This document shows, piece by piece, positions 21,490 through 30,656 of a DNA stretch of 64,000 nt; positions within the stretch are counted from its first letter, which is position 1; every line of letters starts with the position of its first letter. Origin of the DNA: an uncultured Clostridia bacterium (GTDB lineage: Bacteria; Bacillota; Clostridia; TANB77; CAG-508); assembly GCA_947625835.1 (NCBI GenBank), contig CANQPY010000001.1:6763-70762 (forward strand), read 5' to 3'. Under the pieces are notes generated by a model. It was not told the DNA's origin, did not search any database, and saw only the letters and a program-made list of their open reading frames with translations. Position numbers and translations under genes: made by a program.

Positions 21490-22196
21490 TGATAGATTTA
21501 GAAAATTGTCCATATAAAACCAAATGTAAGAAATATAATAATTCTCAATGTCCTATTCAAGATTTATCACAGCCTCAATTTTGTATTAAATTATTTAAGA
21601 TAAATGAATTACAAGAGAAGGCATTGCTTACAGACAAACAAAAGCAATATGTCCCTCTAAGATTAGATATTGATGGTTCAGATAGAGAAGCCTTTATTAG
21701 ATTAAAACAAATAGAACAAAGCATAGAAAATTATATTGAAGGGGGAAATAACCTTTACATCTTTTCCAATAATACAGGCAATGGCAAAAGTTCCTGGGCT
21801 CTCAGATTACTTAATTCCTATTTTGAAGCCATTTGGTATAAATCAGACATCACATGTAAAGGCCTATTTATAAATGTCCCTAAATTTCTTATTTCTTTAA
21901 GAGATAATATATCACAAAAGAATGATTATATCCAGCATATTAAAGAAAATGTATTATCTGCAGATGTTGTGATTTGGGATGATATTGCAACTAAGGGATT
22001 TACCACATTTGAAATGGAGAATATTTATAATATAGTAAATAATAGAATGGATGAAGGAAAATCAAACTTCTACACTTCAAACCTTGCTGGAAAGGAATTG
22101 CAAGAAGCAATGGGAGATAGATTGTATAGTAGAGTAATGAACGCCTCAGAAGTGTTAGAATTTGTGGGTGCAGATAAGAGAGGACTTAATAAATGA
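21489..22196 (+). CDS. DnaC/IstB-like helicase loader ATPase
   Basis: Walker A 'NTGNGKS', 'VIWDDI', 'FYTSN', 'GDRLYSR'. Confidence 0.85.
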   Translation: MIDLENCPYKTKCKKYNNSQCPIQDLSQPQFCIKLFKINELQEKALLTDKQKQYVPLRLDIDGSDREAFIRLKQIEQSIENYIEGGNNLYIFSNNTGNGKSSWALRLLNSYFEAIWYKSDITCKGLFINVPKFLISLRDNISQKNDYIQHIKENVLSADVVIWDDIATKGFTTFEMENIYNIVNNRMDEGKSNFYTSNLAGKELQEAMGDRLYSRVMNASEVLEFVGADKRGLNK

Positions 22197-23473
22197 TTAT
22201 TCAACCTCAATTTATTAACTATTTATTAAAATCTAAGGATTCATCTCTAATTACAGTAAATAATCTAACAGATGATTTCTTTTCAGATTACAAAGATGAG
22301 TTTAATTATATAAGAAACCACCTACAACAATATGGTAAAATCCCAGATACTGAAACTTTCATAAGTATATTTCCCTCATTTGATTTATTTGATGTAGAGG
22401 AAAGCCCCAAATATCTTCTTGATGCTTTATATGAGGATAGAAATAAAAGATACTTAGTAAAAAGTTTCAATTTAATCAGAGATGCAATCAATAATAATAA
22501 TGTTGATAAAGCATTGAAAATCCAGAAAGAAACAAATGATAAATTAGTCCAGGCAAAACATATTGAATCTGTAGATATCTTTAAAGATATAAGTAGATAC
22601 AATGTTTTCCTTGATAAAATGACCGACTTTAATAAATATTATGTCACTACAGGATTCCCAGAATTAGATGAAGTAATTGGGGGATGGGATAGAAAAGAAG
22701 AATATGCAACCATTATTGCAAGACCTGGTAAGGGTAAATCTTTCATACTATTAAAAACAGCATTAGCAGCGGCAGAAAAAGGACTTAAAGTTGGATTATA
22801 TTCAGGCGAAATGACAGCGAATAAGGTAGGTTACAGGTTAGATAGTTTAATATCCCACATTTCTAATACTAAATTAAATCATGGTAATGCAGATGTACAA
22901 ATAGATTATCAAAAATTTATTGACAATATTAAACAAAATATTCCGGGAACCATTGTAATATTAACACCCGCAATGGTTGGTGGACCTGTGGGGGTAGGTA
23001 CCTTAAGAGCATTTATTGAAAAAGAAAAATTAGATATGCTTTGTGTTGACCAACATTCATTATTGTCAGATGATAGAGGTGCTAAAAATAATATTGAAAG
23101 AGCTGCCAACATATCTACAGATTTGAAATTACTTCAAACTCTAACAGGCATCCCAATTATTACAGTATCACAGCAAAATAGGGAAAGAGTAGAAGAAAAT
23201 GGTGCAGATACAAGAAATGTATCTCAAAGTGATAAAATTGGTCAAGATAGTACCATTGTAATAGCATTGGATAAAAAAGATAATGTGCTTACTCTTAATT
23301 TAATCAAGACAAGAGACGGTGGGGAAGGAAACCACCTAAGGTATCTAATCAATCTTGATAAAGGATCATTTACATTTATTCCAGATGAAGAAGATGCAAC
23401 TAAGGGATCAAAATGTGAAGACCTTAAAAATGAGTTTGAATACGAAACAAATATCATGGAGAATCCTTTTTAG
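22193..23473 (+). CDS. dnaB: Replicative DnaB-like helicase
   Basis: 'TTGFPELD', 'ARPGKGKS', 'SQQNR', 'SDKIGQD'. Confidence 0.9.
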   Translation: MIIQPQFINYLLKSKDSSLITVNNLTDDFFSDYKDEFNYIRNHLQQYGKIPDTETFISIFPSFDLFDVEESPKYLLDALYEDRNKRYLVKSFNLIRDAINNNNVDKALKIQKETNDKLVQAKHIESVDIFKDISRYNVFLDKMTDFNKYYVTTGFPELDEVIGGWDRKEEYATIIARPGKGKSFILLKTALAAAEKGLKVGLYSGEMTANKVGYRLDSLISHISNTKLNHGNADVQIDYQKFIDNIKQNIPGTIVILTPAMVGGPVGVGTLRAFIEKEKLDMLCVDQHSLLSDDRGAKNNIERAANISTDLKLLQTLTGIPIITVSQQNRERVEENGADTRNVSQSDKIGQDSTIVIALDKKDNVLTLNLIKTRDGGEGNHLRYLINLDKGSFTFIPDEEDATKGSKCEDLKNEFEYETNIMENPF

Positions 23474-24471
23474 TGGAACTTATAATTAAAAATAAAACCA
23501 TAAATGGTAATATAAGAACAATTCTTGAAAAACTTAAGGTTGATTCCAAAAAATTCAATTTATTAAGAGAAATGAAGGATTCAGGTGATGAATTAATTGT
23601 TACTTGTCCTTACCATGCTAATGGTATGGAGAAACATCCTTCAGGGGGCTTTTTAAATACAAGAAAAAATTCTAAAACCCCCTTTGGTTTTTTCCACTGT
23701 TTTGCTTGTAATCATAGTGCTTCATTACCTCAATTAGTTGCAGATTTTTTTGATAGTGATTTAGAAGTAGGTGAAGAATGGTTAATCAATAATTTTGGTG
23801 GGGATGTAATTTCAAATGTACTATCTTCTCCAATAGAACTAAAACCAAAAGAAAATAATAAACCGCCCCTAGATGAAGCCATATTAAGGGAATTTGATTA
23901 TTATCATCCATATATGTGGCAAAGAAAACTTACAAAGAAAATAGTTGATGATTTTAGAATTGGGTATGATCATATCCGTAATGCAATTACTTTTCCAGTA
24001 TGGGATGAAAAAAACAATTTAAGATTTATTACAGCAAGATCAGTAACATCAAAACACTTTTGGATTCCTAAAGATGCAAATAAACAAATATTATACTTAC
24101 TTAACTTTGCAATTCAACAAAATGTAACTATATTAGGTATTACAGAAGCTCAAATAGACGCATTAACATCTTGGAGTTATGGTTTTCCTTGTTGTGCTAC
24201 ATTAGGCAGTGTTTCAGATGAACAAATAGAAATACTAAACAAATCAGGAATAAGAATATTTATCACTATGTTTGATAATGATGAATATGGAGAAAAATTC
24301 ACAAACCACTTTAATAAAAAAATTAGAAAAGATGTTTTAGTATATAATTTAAAATTACCAAAAGGAAAGAAGGATATAAATGATCTTTCTTTAGAAGAAT
24401 TTAACAAATGCCTAAATGAATTAGGTATAGAATATCGAATAGAAGAAAATAAATTTGGAGGTGTCCAATAA
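23473..24471 (+). CDS. dnaG: DNA primase
   Basis: Zn-binding CPYH...CFAC; TOPRIM 'TEAQID', 'FDNDEYG', 'KDIND'. Confidence 0.9.
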   Translation: MELIIKNKTINGNIRTILEKLKVDSKKFNLLREMKDSGDELIVTCPYHANGMEKHPSGGFLNTRKNSKTPFGFFHCFACNHSASLPQLVADFFDSDLEVGEEWLINNFGGDVISNVLSSPIELKPKENNKPPLDEAILREFDYYHPYMWQRKLTKKIVDDFRIGYDHIRNAITFPVWDEKNNLRFITARSVTSKHFWIPKDANKQILYLLNFAIQQNVTILGITEAQIDALTSWSYGFPCCATLGSVSDEQIEILNKSGIRIFITMFDNDEYGEKFTNHFNKKIRKDVLVYNLKLPKGKKDINDLSLEEFNKCLNELGIEYRIEENKFGGVQ

Positions 24472-25263
24472 ATGGGACAAGTAGATTATAGTAGTTTTAA
24501 GCAAAGAACAGCACAGAATAATTCAAATGGAAATAACAGTAACAGAGGTCCCAGAGTTGGGTATTTTACTCTTAAGCAAGATAGGGATCAAGCCATTGTA
24601 AGATTCATGATTGATTCACCAGACGATTTTGATATTGTTGCTGGTCACAGAATGATGATTAATGGATTTAATAGAATGGTAAATTGTGTTCGCGATATTC
24701 ATGATCCAGTAGAAAGTTGTCCTCTTTGTACAGCAGGAAAGAAGTTAGAATATAGAATTTATATTCACCTTATTGAATATACAAGAGATGAAGAGGGTAA
24801 GATTGTAGCTACACCCAAGGTATGGGAACGCTCAACAGCTTACATTAATACACTAACAAATCTTCTTAACGAATATGGCCCACTTTCTGATAATGTTTTC
24901 AAGATTACAAGAAATGGCGCTGCAGGTACAACAGGCACAACTTATGATATTACTTATTGTAGACCAGAGGTATATAAGCCTGAACTTTATGTTAAGGATG
25001 AATCACTTTTTAACGGATATAAGGCAGTAGGCAATGCTGTATTAGATTATGATGTAGATAAACTTGCAGAGCTTGTAAGTGGGACCGCAGAAGCACCAAC
25101 TACAAAGAAGGAAGAACAGCCCGTGCAGGATTGCGCTCCTAGAACAGCTCCAACTACAGAAGCTCCCAGGACAGCTCATTCCGCAACTACTCCTCGTTCT
25201 GCTCCTACATATAGTGATCAGGATACATCCCAGCCTAACATGCCAGGTAGAAGATTTTATTAA
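24472..25263 (+). CDS. Single-stranded DNA-binding protein (gp32-like)
   Basis: 'AIVRF', 'CPLC', 'KITRNG..TTY'; low-complexity tail. Confidence 0.75.
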   Translation: MGQVDYSSFKQRTAQNNSNGNNSNRGPRVGYFTLKQDRDQAIVRFMIDSPDDFDIVAGHRMMINGFNRMVNCVRDIHDPVESCPLCTAGKKLEYRIYIHLIEYTRDEEGKIVATPKVWERSTAYINTLTNLLNEYGPLSDNVFKITRNGAAGTTGTTYDITYCRPEVYKPELYVKDESLFNGYKAVGNAVLDYDVDKLAELVSGTAEAPTTKKEEQPVQDCAPRTAPTTEAPRTAHSATTPRSAPTYSDQDTSQPNMPGRRFY

Positions 25264-25278
25264 TAAAGCAATAAACTT

Positions 25279-25306
25279 AGGGGTTGGTGTAACAGCCAAC
25301 CCCTTT
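25279..25306 (+). terminator. Hairpin / probable terminator after SSB
   Basis: AGGGGTTGG...CCAACCCCTT. Confidence 0.55.
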
Positions 25307-25331
25307 AATAAAATAAAAATGGAGGAAATAA

Positions 25332-26981
25332 ATGGGTAGGAAACCTAAACAAATACCTCAAGAATCATTATGGGGTGAAGAATTTAATTTACCACCACCT
25401 CAAGAAGAAGTAAAAAAAGTATTGAAAAAAGTAAATGATAAAACAGATGCCCAAAAAATCAAATCTAAATTAACACCACTATCAGAGAAAATAGAAATTA
25501 TTTCCCAAAATGTACATAAAGTATTAGGCCATTACAAAGACCAAATGGTAGTAATTAGGGATAAAGAAACCTTCCATAATTACATTAGTGCGGCTATTGA
25601 GCAAGGAATAATTGCTATAGATACTGAAACAGACAATACAGTTGATACAGTGGCTTGTACTTTAATGGGTTTGGTTATATATACTCCAGGCCAAAAAAAT
25701 GGATATGTGCCTGTACACCATGTAGATTATGTAACAAATGAACTACTCCCAAACCAACTAACAGAAAAAGATATAAGAGAAGAACTAAACAGATTATTAG
25801 ACAATAACACATATATAATAATGCACAACGCGATATTCGATATTCAAGTTATTTATACTACATGTGGTGTTTTCCTTCCATGCCACTGGGATACAATGGT
25901 GGGCGCAAGATTATTAAATGAGAATGAAAAATCATCAGGCTTAAAATATCAATATATAGATAAAATTGACCCTAACCAGCAAAAATATTCGATTGAGGAA
26001 CTATTTGAAGGCTTATCATATGCTATTTTTCCTCCAGAATTGTTTGCATATTATGCCTCAACTGATGGATATATGACCTATAAACTATATGAATATCAGG
26101 TAGAAGCATTTAAGGACCCAGAACAAGCAGGAATGTTTAGGATATTCAGAGAAACAGAAATGAATATCATTCCTATCTTGGCCAAAATGCAATTAAAAGG
26201 TGTAGCTTTTGACCACGATTATCAAGCACGACTATCTAAAAAATATAATAAAATATATGAAGAATGTGATGCTTTAGTAATGGAAGAACTACACAAATTT
26301 GATGATATAGTAGCCAAATGGAGATTAACACCAGAGGCTAATTACAAACCTCTCAATAGAAAGGGGGATGGGTTTAATAAATCCAAAAATGAGCAATTAG
26401 AAGATCCAATTAGTGCAGATTCACCCACGCAACTAGCAATATTGCTATATGACATATTAAAAGCACCTGTAGTATCTAAAGATAAGCCAAGAGGTACAGG
26501 GGTAGAAGAACTAAAAGCTTTACAAGCCAAGCTAAATTTACCTCTAATAGATCTCATATTAAAGAAAAGAAATATTCAAAAATTACTAAATACATTTGTA
26601 GATAAACTACCTGGAGATGTAAGTAAAGTGGATGATAGAGTTCATGCAAGCTTCGGTTCTGTCATGACTGACACGGGCCGTTTCAACTCTTCATCGCCTA
26701 ATTTGCAAAATATTCCCGCTAAGAATAAAGAGATTCGTTCAGTTTTTTGTGCAGGTAGAGCACAAGAAATAGAAAAAATATTTGATGGTTTCTTACATCT
26801 ATATGATTATGATGAAGTAGAAACCCAAAGAGGTTGGGTAAAAGCAAAAGATCTAAAAACAACAGATTCATTGGTAGTAGAAGATGGCATCCTTAAAATT
26901 GCGTCTATTAGAGATCTAAATGGTATAATTCAAGTGTTCCCAGAAGAGGAAGAAAATAAAGGAGTGGAACATGCAGCATAA
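25332..26981 (+). CDS. polA: Family A DNA polymerase, N-terminal part (3'-5' exonuclease, thumb, start of palm) with a Hint-like C-terminal extension
   Basis: 'IDTET', 'HNAIFD', 'YASTD', 'TGRFNSSSPNLQNIP', 'EIRSVFCA'. Confidence 0.9.
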   Translation: MGRKPKQIPQESLWGEEFNLPPPQEEVKKVLKKVNDKTDAQKIKSKLTPLSEKIEIISQNVHKVLGHYKDQMVVIRDKETFHNYISAAIEQGIIAIDTETDNTVDTVACTLMGLVIYTPGQKNGYVPVHHVDYVTNELLPNQLTEKDIREELNRLLDNNTYIIMHNAIFDIQVIYTTCGVFLPCHWDTMVGARLLNENEKSSGLKYQYIDKIDPNQQKYSIEELFEGLSYAIFPPELFAYYASTDGYMTYKLYEYQVEAFKDPEQAGMFRIFRETEMNIIPILAKMQLKGVAFDHDYQARLSKKYNKIYEECDALVMEELHKFDDIVAKWRLTPEANYKPLNRKGDGFNKSKNEQLEDPISADSPTQLAILLYDILKAPVVSKDKPRGTGVEELKALQAKLNLPLIDLILKKRNIQKLLNTFVDKLPGDVSKVDDRVHASFGSVMTDTGRFNSSSPNLQNIPAKNKEIRSVFCAGRAQEIEKIFDGFLHLYDYDEVETQRGWVKAKDLKTTDSLVVEDGILKIASIRDLNGIIQVFPEEEENKGVEHAA

Positions 26982-27024
26982 AATAAAAATTAGAAAACCA
27001 GAAAAGAAACTAGTTGGGGGTGAT
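26971..27024 (+). CDS. polA: Exon 1 of the DNA polymerase C-terminal subunit (MQHKIKIRKPEKKLVGGD)
   Basis: GGAG RBS 6 nt before ATG 26971; joins 27295 to restore motif A 'LVGGDFSQLE'. Confidence 0.85.
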
Positions 27025-27294
27025 TAAATGAAGTCCCTATGTGTAGAGATATGCATAGGTATCCCATTGAATTGCTGGAAACTCCTAACGTAAAGCCGAG
27101 GACAACCAGCAGCCAAGCCTCTTTACTGAGGAAGGTTCAACGACTATCTCGCAAGAGAGTAGAAAGTAAGTACTTTCGAAGTGGTGGGTATCCATAATAA
27201 ATGGATAAAGATATAGTCTAAACACCTGTGAAAATAGGTGGGGATAAAAATAATTATCCCATTATAGTGTAACGAACTATAATAAATGCATGTG
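27025..27294 (+). ncRNA. Group I self-splicing intron (270 nt, no ORF)
   Basis: 5' exon ends in U and intron ends in G. IGS GAAGUC pairs with exon GAU and UUC. Conserved elements AATTGCTGGAAA, AACCAGCAGCC, TTCAACGACTA, AAGATATAGTC; P7 is GACTA 27142-46 / TAGTC 27214-18. Removal restores the frame. Confidence 0.92.
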
Positions 27295-28398
27295 TTCTCT
27301 CAACTAGAAGTAAAAACTGCAGTCTATAGTTCCAATGATCCTGACATGCGTAAGACATATGAAGATGGTCTAGACTTGTATTCATTAGTTGGTTCCATGG
27401 CATATAATAAAAAATATGAAGAATGCTTGGAATTTTATCCTGAAGGAACTGAACTAGAAATAGAAGGTAAAAAAATAGTTTGCGGGCGAAAAGAAATAAC
27501 TAACGAAATTGGAAAAAAATATCGTCAATCTTCAAAATCTATTCTGATAGGTAGTATATATCAAAGAGGTGTTCCCTCTATTGCTGAACAAATAAAGAAA
27601 ACCCCAGAAGAAACAAAAGAAATAATGGATAATTTCTACAAGGGTTTTCCTACCATGACTAAATGGTTTGAGGATAGTAAGAAATTTGCTTTAAAATATG
27701 GATACATGGATAATGCGGTTGGCAGAAGAAGAAGACTGCCTGCAGCATTGCTCCCCAAATATTCCATTACTACCTCAGTAACATCAGGTTCAGAAGGTTT
27801 TAATCCATTACTAGGGTGCAGCAACAAAATAGATACCACTTTAATTGATAAATATAGAAAAAAATTAGAAGAAAGAGAATTCATATCTGCTAAAGATTAT
27901 GAAGAGATTAAAAAGCAGGCAAAAGCTGAAGGTGTGGAGATTCACAATAATGGTGGACTGATAGCACAGGCGTTGAGGCAGTGTGTAAATTTCCAAGCTC
28001 AGAGCTTGGGCGCGGATATAGTCAAATTCGCAATGATTTTAGCAGATAAAGATCCAATTCTTAAAGATCTTGGTTTTGAAATGTTAATCCAAGTCCATGA
28101 TGAGCTGATTGGTGAATGCCCTGCAGAAAATGCAGATAAAGTAGCAAAAAGATTATCAGAATTAATGTCCTCAACTGCGGAAAAAATGACAGATAATATT
28201 CCTTTTCCGGTAGATTGTTATGAAGTAAATAATTGGTATGAAGATGAATTAAATACTTCTCTTCAAACACTGATGATGCATCATAAAGAACTATCTCAAG
28301 AAGACTTATATAAATTAGCATGTGAAGAACACCAAGAATTACTTCCAGAAGCTATCCATGATGTAATATTTGAGGGAAAAGAATTAAGAATTTCTTAG
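27295..28398 (+). CDS. polA: Exon 2 of the DNA polymerase C-terminal subunit (motifs A, B, C)
   Basis: 'FSQLE', 'RQSSKSILIGSIY', 'GRRRRLP', 'NFQAQS', 'QVHDEL'. Confidence 0.9.
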   Translation, partial: FSQLEVKTAVYSSNDPDMRKTYEDGLDLYSLVGSMAYNKKYEECLEFYPEGTELEIEGKKIVCGRKEITNEIGKKYRQSSKSILIGSIYQRGVPSIAEQIKKTPEETKEIMDNFYKGFPTMTKWFEDSKKFALKYGYMDNAVGRRRRLPAALLPKYSITTSVTSGSEGFNPLLGCSNKIDTTLIDKYRKKLEEREFISAKDYEEIKKQAKAEGVEIHNNGGLIAQALRQCVNFQAQSLGADIVKFAMILADKDPILKDLGFEMLIQVHDELIGECPAENADKVAKRLSELMSSTAEKMTDNIPFPVDCYEVNNWYEDELNTSLQTLMMHHKELSQEDLYKLACEEHQELLPEAIHDVIFEGKELRIS

Positions 28399-28416
28399 TT
28401 TCTTAGAGAAATATTG

Positions 28417-28426
28417 TGCTAGATTA
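28417..28426 (+). promoter_or_regulatory. Putative phage late-promoter motif (TGCTAgATTA variant)
   Basis: One mismatch to TGCTAAATTA, which recurs intergenically at 35100, 36894 and 51050. Confidence 0.5.
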
Positions 28427-28456
28427 CATGTACAATAATTTAACAAGGAGTTATCT

Positions 28457-28618
28457 ATGGATAAAAGACTTATTAATTTTGAAATAGATGAGGAACTAAG
28501 AAAGAAAATAAAGAAAGAAGCGTATGATTTAGATTTATCTATTTCTGCAGTACTTAGGCATATCATAGAAAATTATTTTAATGCTAAGGAAGAGAAAGAT
28601 GAGAGTGTCAGGATTTGA
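28457..28618 (+). CDS. Ribbon-helix-helix protein (not in ORF track): MDKRLINFEIDEELRKKIKKEAYDLDLSISAVLRHIIENYF...
   Basis: AAGGAG RBS; beta-strand 'INFEI' plus two helices; paralogs at 35141 and 51090. Confidence 0.8.
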   Translation: MDKRLINFEIDEELRKKIKKEAYDLDLSISAVLRHIIENYFNAKEEKDESVRI

Positions 28619-30539
28619 AGCGCTTGTAGATAGGATAACCAAAGAAGAATTATACCAATATGTAGTGGTAGAACGCCATACCAATAGAGAAGCAAAACAA
28701 CATTTTAATATTGGGTCTAGTGATACTCTTCTGAAACTTTTAAAATATTATGGGTTAAAAAAACCCACGAAGAAAGAAATATTACTTACCAAGGCATCAA
28801 AGGAAGAACTTTACCAATATTATATAGTTGAAAACCATACATTTAAGGAGTGCATAGAAAAATTCAATTTGGGTAGTTTCCCACAACTTAAAAAACTATG
28901 TAACTACTACAATATTGTTAAAAATGAGCCTATAGAAGAGATAATAAAAAGAGTACCTAAAAATGAAATAATTAGATATTATATAGAAGAAAAACACAGC
29001 CATGATGAAACTCTTGAATATTTTAATTTAGGTGCTGATGCTTTTTATTATCTTTTAAAGCTATATGATATAGTTAAAGAAAGATTCAATTGGGGAAAAT
29101 TTCAAAATAAACCCACAAAAGAAGCATTATATAATTTATATGTTGTACAAAATAAAACAGCGATAGATATATCCGCAGAATATAACATAAGTAAAGGATT
29201 AATTATTCGACTTCTCAAAGAATATGGTATAAGCTTAAAAACCATGTCAGAAAATGTCAGGTTGGGTAGAGAAAAAGTTTATAAATTATATGGATCTAAA
29301 GAAAATTACTGTAAAGCAACAAACAATAAAGTACAGCAAACTATGCTAAAAAAGTATGGTTTTAATACATATTCTCAGATGCCTGATTATAATGATAGAG
29401 TTAAATCAACTAACTTGAAAAAATATGGCGTAGAGTACTATACCCAATCTCAAGAGAATAGAGATAAAATTAGTGAAAAACTAAAAGAAAAAATTAATGA
29501 ATTAGGGTATGCAAAACTAAGTCAAGCCTCATTAGATGAAAAATTGCTCAAATTACTATATAATGAAGAGGAATCTGTAAAATTCCTAAATACATTTAAA
29601 GAACCCCCCACACCATTTCAACTTCAACAACAATTTAATTGTGGACAAACAGTTATAAGCCATTGGATAGAAAGATGCAATTTACAACCCTATGTAAGCT
29701 ATGTGGTAAGCAACCCTGAAAAAGAAATAGAAGAATATCTAAAATCCCTAAATGTTTGTTACCAAATGCACAGTAGGCTTACTTTAGATAGTAAGAAAGA
29801 GCTAGATTTTTATCTGCCCGACTACAATATAGGTATCGAATTTAATGGTACTTATTGGCATTCAAGTTTGATTAAAGATAAAAATTACCATTATAATAAA
29901 TCAATAGAGGCTGAAACTAAAGGAATAAGAATAATTCATATTTGGGAGTATGAGTGGGAAGATTCAAAACAACGTGAGAAAATATTATCTCTCCTAAAGA
30001 TAGCATGTAATAAAGTAAATACAAAAATTTACGCACGTAATTGTACAATTAAAGAAATTACAAATAGAGAAGCAAAACCTTTTAACGAAGCCAACCATTT
30101 ACAGGGGCATAGAAATGCCCAAGTAACCTATGGTTTATTTTATAATGATAGATTAGTACAACTAATGTCCTTTAGTAGAACTAGGTATAATAAAAACCTA
30201 ACTGGTGGTAATGATTGGGAAATAATCAGAGGATGTCCGGCAAGCAACAACATAGTTGTTGGTGGTGTAAGTAAGCTATTTAAACATTTTCTTAAAGAAT
30301 ACAATCCAGATCATGTTTTTAGTTACTGTGATTTCAATAAGTTCGATGGTAGAGGCTATGAAGCAATTGGTATGAAATTTGCAGGGTATACTGGACCAGA
30401 TATGAAATGGTTACTACAAAATGGCCAGGTAGTTTCTAGACAGCCTTCAAAGCATAAAGAACTGAAAGAGATCTCTAAAGCTCAGCTTTGGGGGGCAGGC
30501 AGTAAAAAATATATGTGGGAGAAACCTACGCAGAACTAA
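28599..30539 (+). CDS. Free-standing homing-type endonuclease (N-terminal helical repeats, Vsr/PD-(D/E)XK domain, C-terminal accessory domain)
   Basis: Four 'KEELYQYYIVENH'-type repeats, 'KKYG' repeats, 'ELDFYLPDYNIGIEFNGTYWH', 'IHIWEYEW'. Confidence 0.8.
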   Translation: MRVSGFEALVDRITKEELYQYVVVERHTNREAKQHFNIGSSDTLLKLLKYYGLKKPTKKEILLTKASKEELYQYYIVENHTFKECIEKFNLGSFPQLKKLCNYYNIVKNEPIEEIIKRVPKNEIIRYYIEEKHSHDETLEYFNLGADAFYYLLKLYDIVKERFNWGKFQNKPTKEALYNLYVVQNKTAIDISAEYNISKGLIIRLLKEYGISLKTMSENVRLGREKVYKLYGSKENYCKATNNKVQQTMLKKYGFNTYSQMPDYNDRVKSTNLKKYGVEYYTQSQENRDKISEKLKEKINELGYAKLSQASLDEKLLKLLYNEEESVKFLNTFKEPPTPFQLQQQFNCGQTVISHWIERCNLQPYVSYVVSNPEKEIEEYLKSLNVCYQMHSRLTLDSKKELDFYLPDYNIGIEFNGTYWHSSLIKDKNYHYNKSIEAETKGIRIIHIWEYEWEDSKQREKILSLLKIACNKVNTKIYARNCTIKEITNREAKPFNEANHLQGHRNAQVTYGLFYNDRLVQLMSFSRTRYNKNLTGGNDWEIIRGCPASNNIVVGGVSKLFKHFLKEYNPDHVFSYCDFNKFDGRGYEAIGMKFAGYTGPDMKWLLQNGQVVSRQPSKHKELKEISKAQLWGAGSKKYMWEKPTQN

Positions 30540-30604
30540 CCCCAGAACAAATAAGGGGAGTGTTAAGCGGAGAAATAAATGGTCTCTGGAATGGATTGTC
30601 TTAA
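30521..30604 (+). pseudogene. Displaced remnant of a DNA polymerase C-terminus
   Basis: ETYAELTPEQIRGVLSG...* aligns by eye with the polymerase end EEHQELLPEAIHDVIFEG*. Confidence 0.55.
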
Positions 30605-30656
30605 AAACAAATAATAGAAGGACTTAAAAAACACCTCAAGCCCAATTTTTATAATT

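Noticed and set aside
26745-27024. Canonical trans-splicing split intein in polA
   Set aside because: The C-fragment lacks a terminal His-Asn and a +1 Cys/Ser/Thr and is only about 9 residues, so it is reported as a degenerate Hint-like junction instead.
27286-27294. ATG 27286 as the start of the polymerase C-terminal ORF
   Set aside because: It lies inside the intron, has no RBS and would omit the catalytic Asp of motif A.
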